Part shown: positions 50,869-59,984 of the stretch, piece by piece
Position numbering within the stretch: position 1 is the stretch's first letter
Layout of the letters: each line of letters opens with the position of its first letter
NCBI GenBank assembly: GCA_002503285.1
Contig: DARI01000009.1
Location: 9,049-73,048 of the forward strand
Source: Euryarchaeota archaeon UBA557
Lineage (GTDB): Archaea > Thermoplasmatota > Poseidoniia > Poseidoniales > Thalassarchaeaceae
DNA: 64,000 nt
Direction of reading: 5' to 3'
Position numbers and translations under genes: made by a program
The notes under the pieces: model-generated
What the model was told of the DNA's origin: nothing
Database searches by the model: none
Seen by the model: only the letters and a program-made list of their open reading frames with translations

Positions 50869-53800
50869 ATGGATGCACCCCTTGACTCTATTCTTTCAAA
50901 GTTTGAGTCTTCTAAAAATAATCTCATTTCACCTCGTGGATCAAAAAGGCTATTAATTGCTTTAATAATATTTTTTGATGCAATTGTTCTTGGACTAATA
51001 TTTCAGTGGGGATTTCTTAATATAATTGACAAATTACTTGCAAATAAATTACCAAATGATTTTGTGTGGTTAATGCAATTATTAGAATCACTGTCAGCAG
51101 GTTTTCTAGTAATAAAAATATTTTTTGATGATTTGGAGCCAAATATTTTAAGAAATATATTAATATTCACTTCACCTTTATTTATGTTGTTTGTGATTGG
51201 AATCACACTCGATTCTTTACTAAAAGGGCTCGACACCAGGGCAACAGTCACTTTAGACTTAATTTCTATTAGTACAGGAACTCTGACATGGGCTTCTACT
51301 TACCTAGCAATCGCAACTGGGTTAACTTTAACTTACAAAGTCCAAAGATATGGAAATTTTGCACAATCTGAATTCTTTATGATTGGCATGTATCTAGCAA
51401 TGATTATGGTTTGGAGCGACTTTTATTATCCATTATATGATGCCCCAAAAGACGGAGTATTAGTCTATTCATTACTCTTATGGACAATGATAGGGGCATT
51501 CGTATTAACAGGAATTGCGGGCATAATTATTGATCGTGTAGTTTATCGAGGTTTTCGAAAAGAAAAAGCTTCACCACAAGTGATGATGATTGCCTCATTA
51601 GGTGTAGCATTAATTTTAAGGGCCCTAACATATCTTCGCTTTGGTGCATCTAGAAATATGTTTGAACCCGATGCAGATTGGAGAGTATCTACTTTAAGGT
51701 GGAAATTACCTACCACTAAATTTCGTTTCAATCTTGGAGAACGTAACTTAACTGATGGTAAAACATATACTCATTTTACCTGTGAAGAGACTGGTTTAGA
51801 TCCTACTACCGGAGAACCAATATTAACACGAATAATAAGTGAAATATCAAGGCCTTTATTAGAAATATACAATAAAAATACTGATTGTATAACAGGTGCA
51901 ACAACAAATTATGCGTATTTCAAAGGAATAGTACCTCTGGTAATATTTGCTAGTGTTATATTACTATTTTTATTCTTGAATAAATCAAGATTGGGTAGGC
52001 GCATGAGGGCTGTAGCTGATAACCCTGAATTAGCAGCTAGTAGTGGAATAAATGTAGAAAGAATTCAATTAACAAGCGCATTCCTATCGGCTGGAATCTC
52101 TGGATTAGGTGGGGCGATATTCGCAATTACTCTAAGATTCAATCCAGAAACAGCATTTACTCTCCTACTTCCTTCTTTTGCAGTAATTGTTCTAGGTACA
52201 ATAGGTTCACTATCAGGTGCAATTATAGCTTCTTTAATTGTAGGATTTGTACGTGCACTTTCATCACCAATTTTGATTGGTATTGGACTGCCATTGGGGC
52301 GCTCAAATTACACTGCATTAGATGGAGTAATGCCATTTATTTTCTTGGTTGCAGTACTAATGATACTTCCAGAAGGTATTGGAGATGCTTATGAGAAGTG
52401 GAAAATAGATAGATTGAGGGCAAGAAGAGAAAAAAATACAAAACCTTCCAAAATAATCTATACATTATTGGCCCTATTTCCATTAACAGGTATTTTTGGT
52501 ATCCATCATTGGTACAACAATAGGTCTGATAAAACTCAAATTGTATCATCTATAACCTTAGGTGCGTTCATTTATCATAAAATTGCAGGTTTTATTGGTA
52601 AACAATCGTTCGCAAATGGTTCATGCTCTGATGCATGTTTAAACGACCCAAATACAGAAACAAATTTAGATCTTATCACCGGTACCGATGGCATACTTCA
52701 GGCCTCAGATTCTCCCTACTTTGTTGACAATGTATCTGATATTGATTTATCCTGGTTTGAACTAATGCAAACAGAGTTATTGTTTGTAGATACTATTATG
52801 AATATAGATTCCTTAATTTGGCCATTAATTCCAATAATTATGTCGATTATAGCCATATATCAGGGTATTAATTTATATTTAGATGGTAAATTATCAAATT
52901 TTATATCATTAAAAAATCATTCCTTTTCAAATATTCTCAAATCAATATTTGGTAACAATTCAGAAGATAATAAATCATCTATTGCTCAATCTCTTAAGCA
53001 AATAAAATTCACGTTTACTAATGTTAAATTACGTTGGGGGGAATTAAATCGTCAGCATGAAACAATTCTTAAGAATCTTACAGTAAAAATAAAATCTTTC
53101 ATATCTTCTGAAAAAATACCTCCAATCAAAGATTATATTCCTAAATCCATAACACCGATGTATGGCAGAGAAAGTCCAAAAGGGTCTTGGATGGCATTCG
53201 CAATCTTAATGATTATATTATTGTCATTTTTATATTGGTTACCTATTGCAGATAATCCTAATTTCTCATGGAATTATCTTAAAATCGGCCAAGTATCTAA
53301 CTCAATAATTGTTGCTTCAATATTTATTTTAATGGCCTTTTCACTTAACCTTCATACTGGAATAACTGGAATGACTAATTTTGGAGTTATTTTCTTTGTT
53401 GCTGTTGGCGCAATAAGTGTGGGAATTCTAACAGCACCAACTGACGTACATGGCTACGGATGGGGCATATTACCTGCTACAATTATGGGGATGTTACTTG
53501 CTGCTGCTTGCGGCTGGGCATTAGCATACCCCACTGCTCGATTGAGAATGGATTACTTCGCTATTGTAACCATTTCTCTAGGGGAAATACTACGTGTATT
53601 ATTAGCTGGAGAACCATTACTAAGAGTTGGAACTGTTGGATCTGCAATAGGCATAAATCATTATCCTTTGCCACTTAAACAATTATGGTTTTGTGGCCGG
53701 GGAGTTGATATTGGGCCAACTTCTAATTATATTAGTGCAGATGCCTGTAGAAACGACACTACTCTTTTGGGGCCAGCTGATAAAATAGGGGAAATACTAA

Positions 53801-54576
53801 ATCTTGGAGAACCCGCTCCATATTCATTTTTATTAGCAATAATGAGTATTATTTCTGTTATATTGGTATGGCGTTTGCTTGAAACTATCTTATCATCACC
53901 TTGGGGTAGAATTTTGAAATCAATAAGAGAAGATGAGGATGTTGCACAACATCATGGTCATGATGTACTCACTCACAAGGCCGCAAGCCTTGCATTGGGG
54001 GCTGCGATTGCAGGATTGGCAGGTGCGCTCTGGGCATGGAAACTAACCGGTTTTGAACCATCATTCATGTCTCCTGCTAGATCGACATTCTTGGTCTGGG
54101 CAGCATTCATAATTGGAGGTGCTGCAAATAATAAGGGAATGATAATTGGTGCACTAATGTATGCTTTAATGGAATCCGTATTCAATGTTTTAGTTGCGGG
54201 CCAAGGCTCGCCAGATTTACCTCTACACGCTACCGCAGATAGAATAGATAGATTATTCGAATGGCTAGTAGTAAATCAATGGGATGCAGCTCAAATATTC
54301 TTGATAATAACTCTGATAGGCTTCATAATCCGTAGTAGGAATATTACTGAAATAGGTCTTTCTGGTGCATTTATTTTTATTATGACATTTGTATTATTTG
54401 GGCAGAGATCCATTGATGAGTCATTCAGCACAGGCATTATTCAAGCAAATATGGCATATGTGAAGTTATTGTTAATTGGATTAGTAATGTTACTATCGTT
54501 GAAATTAAATCCAAAAGGATTACTTCCTGAAGTTCCATTTAGGCCGGATAGAGAATCTAGGGAGGACATTCAATGA
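50869..54576 (+). CDS. fused LivH-LivM type branched-chain amino acid ABC permease with a long internal linker
   Basis: N-half 'LTYKVQRYGNFAQSEFFMIGMY' and 'MRAVADNPELAASSGINV' (LivH-like). C-half 'FSLNLHTGITGMTNFGVIFFVAVGA' and 'ILKSIREDEDVAQHHGHDV' (LivM-like). The ATG at 50806 lies inside the hairpin, so 50869 is preferred. Confidence 0.8.
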   Translation: MDAPLDSILSKFESSKNNLISPRGSKRLLIALIIFFDAIVLGLIFQWGFLNIIDKLLANKLPNDFVWLMQLLESLSAGFLVIKIFFDDLEPNILRNILIFTSPLFMLFVIGITLDSLLKGLDTRATVTLDLISISTGTLTWASTYLAIATGLTLTYKVQRYGNFAQSEFFMIGMYLAMIMVWSDFYYPLYDAPKDGVLVYSLLLWTMIGAFVLTGIAGIIIDRVVYRGFRKEKASPQVMMIASLGVALILRALTYLRFGASRNMFEPDADWRVSTLRWKLPTTKFRFNLGERNLTDGKTYTHFTCEETGLDPTTGEPILTRIISEISRPLLEIYNKNTDCITGATTNYAYFKGIVPLVIFASVILLFLFLNKSRLGRRMRAVADNPELAASSGINVERIQLTSAFLSAGISGLGGAIFAITLRFNPETAFTLLLPSFAVIVLGTIGSLSGAIIASLIVGFVRALSSPILIGIGLPLGRSNYTALDGVMPFIFLVAVLMILPEGIGDAYEKWKIDRLRARREKNTKPSKIIYTLLALFPLTGIFGIHHWYNNRSDKTQIVSSITLGAFIYHKIAGFIGKQSFANGSCSDACLNDPNTETNLDLITGTDGILQASDSPYFVDNVSDIDLSWFELMQTELLFVDTIMNIDSLIWPLIPIIMSIIAIYQGINLYLDGKLSNFISLKNHSFSNILKSIFGNNSEDNKSSIAQSLKQIKFTFTNVKLRWGELNRQHETILKNLTVKIKSFISSEKIPPIKDYIPKSITPMYGRESPKGSWMAFAILMIILLSFLYWLPIADNPNFSWNYLKIGQVSNSIIVASIFILMAFSLNLHTGITGMTNFGVIFFVAVGAISVGILTAPTDVHGYGWGILPATIMGMLLAAACGWALAYPTARLRMDYFAIVTISLGEILRVLLAGEPLLRVGTVGSAIGINHYPLPLKQLWFCGRGVDIGPTSNYISADACRNDTTLLGPADKIGEILNLGEPAPYSFLLAIMSIISVILVWRLLETILSSPWGRILKSIREDEDVAQHHGHDVLTHKAASLALGAAIAGLAGALWAWKLTGFEPSFMSPARSTFLVWAAFIIGGAANNKGMIIGALMYALMESVFNVLVAGQGSPDLPLHATADRIDRLFEWLVVNQWDAAQIFLIITLIGFIIRSRNITEIGLSGAFIFIMTFVLFGQRSIDESFSTGIIQANMAYVKLLLIGLVMLLSLKLNPKGLLPEVPFRPDRESREDIQ

Positions 54577-55367
54577 ATTCAGAATCTCAAGATAATACTA
54601 TTTTGAAAGTAACAAATCTTCGTAAAGAATTCGGAGGACTGATTGCTGTTAAAGATGTATCCTTTGAAATTAAAAAAGGTGAATTTATAGGTTTAATAGG
54701 TCCCAATGGATGTGGTAAATCTACAACCTTTAATTGTATTAGTGGTCTTCTGAACCAGACCTCTGGAAAAGTAGAAATTTATGGCACCGATGTCTCAAAA
54801 ATGAGACCAGATCAAATACATGGATTAGGCATGACTAGGACTTTCCAACATACTAGGTTGTGGCGTAAGATGACCGTACTTGAAAATCTATTAGTCCCAC
54901 CTCGTAAACAATTCTCTCCAAATATATTAAAATCCTTATTGATGCCAAATAAAAGCAAAGAAGAGCAAGAAAGATTAAATCAAGCATATGAGATATTAGA
55001 TGAGCTTGAGGTCCCTCATATGGCGCATAATTTAGCAAGCGAACTTTCAGGTGGCCAATCAAAATTAGTAGATATTGGACGTTCAAGAATGGGCTCACCA
55101 AACTTATTATTGCTTGATGAGCCAGTAGCAGGAGTAGCAGGGCCATTAGCCATGAAGATATTCAATAACCTTAGAAAGACAGTTAACGAAACTGGTATTT
55201 CGGTATTAATAATCGAACATAATATGGATTTTATTTTACGTCAAGGCGTTGATAGGATAATAGTAATGAATGAAGGAGAGGTATTGATGATCGGAACTCC
55301 TGATGAAGTCAAATCAAATAAAGCAGTTATTGCAGCATATCTCGGCGCTGCAGGAGAGGAAGAATAA
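54573..55367 (+). CDS. livG: LIV-type ABC transporter ATP-binding protein (LivG-like)
   Basis: 'FGGLIAVKDVSF', Walker A 'GPNGCGKST', signature 'LSGGQSK', Walker B 'LLLLDEP'. 4-nt overlap with the permease gene. Confidence 0.9.
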   Translation: MNSESQDNTILKVTNLRKEFGGLIAVKDVSFEIKKGEFIGLIGPNGCGKSTTFNCISGLLNQTSGKVEIYGTDVSKMRPDQIHGLGMTRTFQHTRLWRKMTVLENLLVPPRKQFSPNILKSLLMPNKSKEEQERLNQAYEILDELEVPHMAHNLASELSGGQSKLVDIGRSRMGSPNLLLLDEPVAGVAGPLAMKIFNNLRKTVNETGISVLIIEHNMDFILRQGVDRIIVMNEGEVLMIGTPDEVKSNKAVIAAYLGAAGEEE

Positions 55368-55368
55368 T

Positions 55369-56088
55369 ATGACTAGATTGTTAGATGTGAAAGGACTCAA
55401 TGGAGGATATGGTAGTGTACAAATTCTTTACGACATAAACGTACATGTCGATGAAGGAGAATTTGTAACTATTATAGGGCCTAATGGATGTGGAAAATCA
55501 ACATTTATCAAAATCATATTTGGAATTGCTACACATTATTCAGGAAATGTAGAACATAATGGGGATGATGTATCTGGATGGAGGACAGACCAATTAGTAA
55601 ATAGGGGAATTGCATATGTCCCACAAGTGGATAATGTATTTCCTTCTTTAACGATATATGAGAATTTACAGATGGGTGGAAATAATTTATCTACCAAAAT
55701 CCTGAATGAAAGAATAGAACGTGCATTAAATATGTTTCCAGATTTAAGAGAAAGAGTCCACGATTTAGCGGCATCCCTCTCTGGAGGAGAGCGTCAAATG
55801 TTAGCAATATCTAGGGCGCTTATTTCTAACCCAAAATTCCTTTTACTCGATGAGCCAACTGCTGCCCTGAGTCCATTATATCAACAACAAATAATAGAAA
55901 GGATTGATTCTCTTAGACATGAGGGGATTACAGTGTTAATTGTCGAGCAAAATGCACGACTTTCACTTGCTCGTTCAGATAGAGGTTATATCTTTGCTGG
56001 CGGTAAAGTAGTTCACACAGGAGACGCTCAAAGTATCCTAAATGACCCAGAAATTGGTGAATATTTCCTTGGAAATAAATCTGAGTAA
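55369..56088 (+). CDS. livF: LIV-type ABC transporter ATP-binding protein (LivF-like)
   Basis: 'GPNGCGKST', 'LSGGERQMLAISRAL' and 'LLLDEPTAALSP'. The ATG at 55369 follows 'GGAGAGGAAGAATAAT'. Confidence 0.9.
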   Translation: MTRLLDVKGLNGGYGSVQILYDINVHVDEGEFVTIIGPNGCGKSTFIKIIFGIATHYSGNVEHNGDDVSGWRTDQLVNRGIAYVPQVDNVFPSLTIYENLQMGGNNLSTKILNERIERALNMFPDLRERVHDLAASLSGGERQMLAISRALISNPKFLLLDEPTAALSPLYQQQIIERIDSLRHEGITVLIVEQNARLSLARSDRGYIFAGGKVVHTGDAQSILNDPEIGEYFLGNKSE

Positions 56089-56093
56089 GAATT

Positions 56094-57119
56094 TCACTTT
56101 GTCAATGCATTATACATAAATGGAAATGAAATATCCATTCTATAATCTATTGATGAGTGGTTATCATCGAATTCTTCATGAATGTGGGAAATTCCCAATT
56201 TATTGAGTTTATCTGATAATTGTCTTGCACCAAAATGAAGATTATATTGATCTCTAAATCCGCAGTCAATAAATATCCCCTTCAAACTTTTCAAACTCTC
56301 TTGAACATCCATCCGATCTATCATAAAAACAGGATCATGTTTCAACCACGCACTCCATCTCTCTTCATCAAGGACACAAGTTCTCAAGTCAACTGGTAGC
56401 CTAATTCCCATTGGAGCATTAGGATCCGGATCATAAAAAGCCCCCATTGCAGTCATCATTAAGACATGAAAATCCTCACCACTCATTTTCTTGACATTCT
56501 TTATATGATCGAGAAAATTTTGAATTCCTCCATGCTTTTCTAGATGAGTTACAGATTTAGGGAAATCGCCCAAAAATAATGAATCGAACCCCATATCTCC
56601 AGAATGACAAGCCAAAGCACCCCAGTGGTTTCCATATAACATTCCATGTACGATTGCACCGTACCCTCCACTAGATTTTCCAAATACTCCTCGATTATTT
56701 TTACCTTTTTTTACAGGAAATTGTCTTTCTATTTCGGGAATCATTTCTTCAATCAAAAAATCAGCCCAATTTCCCACTGCAATACTATTGATATATTGAT
56801 TACCACCTAAGGTTGTAAAACAATCTGGAAGTGCTATGATGACTTCTCCCATTTTATCTTCAGAAATTAGTCTTTCAACTCTTTGAGGTACTGATTCTGC
56901 AAAAGGTTTCCAATTAATATGGGCAAGACCACTTCCCGTAAATCCTACTAAATCTACAAATAAAGGATAATCTTTATCATTTTTATTCCAATTTTCTGGT
57001 AAATAGACGGCCACTTGTCTACTAGTTGGATCTCCTAACATATTCCCTTGAAGAGCATCAGATTCTATTGTTATTATTTTTATTTCACCCTTTAAAGATC
57101 CGAATGCATGTTTGGGCAA
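56094..57119 (-). CDS. alpha/beta-hydrolase esterase (putative esterase / enterochelin-esterase-like family)
   Basis: Nucleophile elbow 'FGKSSGGYGA'. 'PLFVDLVGFTGSG' family-like N-region. Confidence 0.7.
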   Translation of the reverse strand: MPKHAFGSLKGEIKIITIESDALQGNMLGDPTSRQVAVYLPENWNKNDKDYPLFVDLVGFTGSGLAHINWKPFAESVPQRVERLISEDKMGEVIIALPDCFTTLGGNQYINSIAVGNWADFLIEEMIPEIERQFPVKKGKNNRGVFGKSSGGYGAIVHGMLYGNHWGALACHSGDMGFDSLFLGDFPKSVTHLEKHGGIQNFLDHIKNVKKMSGEDFHVLMMTAMGAFYDPDPNAPMGIRLPVDLRTCVLDEERWSAWLKHDPVFMIDRMDVQESLKSLKGIFIDCGFRDQYNLHFGARQLSDKLNKLGISHIHEEFDDNHSSIDYRMDISFPFMYNALTK

Positions 57120-57120
57120 A

Positions 57121-57558
57121 CTATTCTCTCCTTAATTCTAATTTGACAAAATCGCCATCTCCAGCGACTCTACACATCATATTAGGTCTAATTTCATCAT
57201 CAAGAATTCTTAGATGAATTTCTGCAGTTATTGTGACTATTGCTTTAAATAAATGACCTCCAAGTACTGTATGATTATCATCAACCATTACTATGTGAAT
57301 GTGAGTAAATGCACCATCTGGACCTGGGCAAAGATTTCCTTGAGTAGATAATAATTCAACGGGACCAGTGTACGTAGTTTTACGATATACTCCATCTGAG
57401 TCTAAAAAACCAACTTCTACATCTTCTATTCTTCCTATTCCACTTGTTATTGCTGCACTAATTATGCCTTCTTTAGCAAGACTTTGTAATGACTGATGAA
57501 TTTCTTCTCCGGGATCTAGTCTGACAAAAACGTCTCTATCTGATACAATGTGTTCCAT
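57121..57558 (-). CDS. PPC (DUF296) domain protein
   Basis: 'VRLDPGEEIHQSLQSLAKEGIISAAITSGIGRIEDVEVGF' ... 'HIHIVMVDDNHTVLGGHL' is the typical DUF296 pattern. 1-nt spacing to the downstream esterase gene. Confidence 0.75.
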   Translation of the reverse strand: MEHIVSDRDVFVRLDPGEEIHQSLQSLAKEGIISAAITSGIGRIEDVEVGFLDSDGVYRKTTYTGPVELLSTQGNLCPGPDGAFTHIHIVMVDDNHTVLGGHLFKAIVTITAEIHLRILDDEIRPNMMCRVAGDGDFVKLELRRE

Positions 57559-57770
57559 AATTCGGGATTACCCTCCCTCCTTTGAAGGTCTCGTTGTATT
57601 CTTGTAATATTGCTGGCAAATTTTAATTTTATCTGCACTAGAACAATTTTATTACCTAACTTTACTTTACTATGCCGTTTTTATTTTCCAGTGGAAATGA
57701 AGGGGTTGAGAACACGTCCAATTTGATTATGTACCCCGCCCATTCTTCGACAAAGCCGGGGAGTGAAATC

Positions 57771-59927
57771 ATGACAATGCAATTGCAAGATTCAAGTGCA
57801 CGATGGAAAACTTTTCTCACTGCTGCTAAAGAAGATGAAATCCTTTTAATCCTATCAAAACAATCCTCAACTCCTGTTTTAAACACATCATTTCATGAAT
57901 TACAATCTTTTGATTCTGAATTTGCGGATTGGGTATTAGAAAATCCTCGTACCATTCTTGATACAGGTTCAAAAGTACTTAATGATATTTGTATGGAAAG
58001 AGGCGGATCGTCTATTGATTGCTTGATTCGTATCGGAGAACTACCCGGTGATGCTTGTATCCCATTAAGAGAAATAGGCAGCGAATCTATTGGTAAATTT
58101 TGTAGTATAGATGTAGTAGTAAACAAGGTTTCAGACATCAAACCTCGATTATATATGGCCACATTTAAATGTGAAACATGTGGTTTTGAACTAGATGTTG
58201 AACAAAAAGATGAGAGAGAATTGAAAGAGCCATTAAGATGTCCAGAAGTTAAAGGCGGATGTGGCTCTTTTGTACGTAAAGGAGAAACTACATTTATGTT
58301 AATGATGCAAGCATCTAGAATGGTAAATAATCAATTAATTGAGGTATCAGAACTACCTGAAAACGTTCCAGGCGGGTCTCAACCAACAAGAGGAATACTA
58401 TTTTTAGAAAGGGACCTTGTGTTGACTTTAACTCCCGGAGATAGAGTATCTGCAAATGTAATACCACAAGTTAGGCCAGAATATAAGAGAAACAAAAAAA
58501 CTCCAATGTTTGAAATATACTATGATTTAGTTAGTGCAGAACAAGAATCCACTCCTTTCACTGAAATTATCATCGAAGATGAAGATAAAGAAAAAATAAT
58601 TGAAATATCTCAGAAAAAGGATTTATTGAATTATTTGTATAAATCAATCGCACCGTCTATTTTTGCTGCAAATGAGAAACTAGCATATGTTAAACGAACC
58701 CTTGCATTGCAATTATTCGGAGGAGTTTCTAGAATCAATGAAGACGGAACAAGGACAAGAGGCGATATACACATTCTTTTGATGGGGGATCCTGGGGTTG
58801 CAAAATCACAATTATTACGATATATGTCTAATCTTTCTCCTAGGGGAAAATATGCATCAGGAGGAGGAGTTTCAGCAGCAGGTCTTACTGCTGCAGCAAT
58901 AAAAGATGCATTTGGAGATGGAAGATTTGCACTTGAAGCAGGAATATTGCCCTTATCAGATCAAGGGTTGGCAGCTATTGACGAATTTGATAAGATCTCA
59001 GCCTCTGATCAAGGATCTATGCATGAGGCAATGGAACAACAAAGTATCCATATAGCAAAAGGAGGATTAACTGCCAGACTTCCAACACGATGCGCCGTAT
59101 TAGCCGCTGCTAACCCTACGGGTGGTCGGTTTAGTGATAGACATCCTAACGCATCAGTAATGTATTCCTTTGAAGAAACAGGACTACCTGCCCCATTAGC
59201 ATCAAGATTCGATGTCATATGGCTTTTAAGGGATGAAATTGTATTAGAAAATGATGAGCGAATCGCGGGCCATATACTAGCTACTCGTTCTAAAGGAGTT
59301 GCCGAAACACAATTAGAAAGAGGTTTTGTTTCTGATAAATCTGACGATGATAGTGTTACTAGAGTCGGAGTAGATGGTGTTGAACATCTGACAACTTCAT
59401 TTTTAAGAAAATATGTTGCATATGCAAAATTGAATTTTCATCCACAGTTGAATGATGGTGCAAAAGTAGTTTTACAAGAGTTTTATAGGGATACTAGGCA
59501 AAACTTTGCCAAAGAAGATCAAGGAAGTCCAGCATCTCAAACACTCGTACCAATCACAGCAAGAGCACTCGAAGCCCTAAGCAGACTTTCAGAGGCACAT
59601 GCACGCATGCATCTTAGAAATATAGCTACTGAAGACGATGCAAAGGTTGCCTTAGCAGTATTCAAACATTGGAGATCAGAGAATAATGTTAATGATGAAA
59701 CAGCATTCCATTCCAAAGTTCCTCAGCAAAAAATGATTATTGATAGGGAAATAAGAAAAATTATCACAAGTATTTGTTATGAAAAAGGTCAAGCAATGAT
59801 AGAAGAGATTTATGATCAAGCAAATAAAAAAGGAATTACTCCAAATGCCGTTGATGATATAGTTGGAAAATTAAGACAAGGTGGAATTTTATTCAGCCCC
59901 AGTAATGATGTATACTCTTTCGCTTGA
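57771..59927 (+). CDS. mcm: MCM replicative helicase
   Basis: Zinc motif 'CETCGFE...RCPEVKGGCGS'. Walker A 'GDPGVAKSQ'. Walker B 'AAIDEFDK'. 'SRFD' arginine finger. C-terminal winged helix. ATG at 57771 follows 'GGGGAGTGAAATC'. No intein-sized insertion. Confidence 0.93.
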   Translation: MTMQLQDSSARWKTFLTAAKEDEILLILSKQSSTPVLNTSFHELQSFDSEFADWVLENPRTILDTGSKVLNDICMERGGSSIDCLIRIGELPGDACIPLREIGSESIGKFCSIDVVVNKVSDIKPRLYMATFKCETCGFELDVEQKDERELKEPLRCPEVKGGCGSFVRKGETTFMLMMQASRMVNNQLIEVSELPENVPGGSQPTRGILFLERDLVLTLTPGDRVSANVIPQVRPEYKRNKKTPMFEIYYDLVSAEQESTPFTEIIIEDEDKEKIIEISQKKDLLNYLYKSIAPSIFAANEKLAYVKRTLALQLFGGVSRINEDGTRTRGDIHILLMGDPGVAKSQLLRYMSNLSPRGKYASGGGVSAAGLTAAAIKDAFGDGRFALEAGILPLSDQGLAAIDEFDKISASDQGSMHEAMEQQSIHIAKGGLTARLPTRCAVLAAANPTGGRFSDRHPNASVMYSFEETGLPAPLASRFDVIWLLRDEIVLENDERIAGHILATRSKGVAETQLERGFVSDKSDDDSVTRVGVDGVEHLTTSFLRKYVAYAKLNFHPQLNDGAKVVLQEFYRDTRQNFAKEDQGSPASQTLVPITARALEALSRLSEAHARMHLRNIATEDDAKVALAVFKHWRSENNVNDETAFHSKVPQQKMIIDREIRKIITSICYEKGQAMIEEIYDQANKKGITPNAVDDIVGKLRQGGILFSPSNDVYSFA

Positions 59928-59984
59928 TATCAACAACACATCCTAGTGATATATGAAAGGTAACCGTCTCCCGAAAGTGATAAT

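Noticed and set aside
57559-57770. Replication origin upstream of mcm (212-nt AT-rich spacer)
   Set aside because: There is no adjacent orc1/cdc6 gene, and I found no repeated ORB-like inverted elements in the spacer. It is more simply a promoter/5' UTR region.
57771-59927. Inteins in MCM (and in LigA at 30064-32214)
   Set aside because: Both proteins have normal lengths with contiguous catalytic motifs. There are no Cys/Ser...HN-Cys/Ser/Thr splice-junction blocks or homing-endonuclease-sized insertions.
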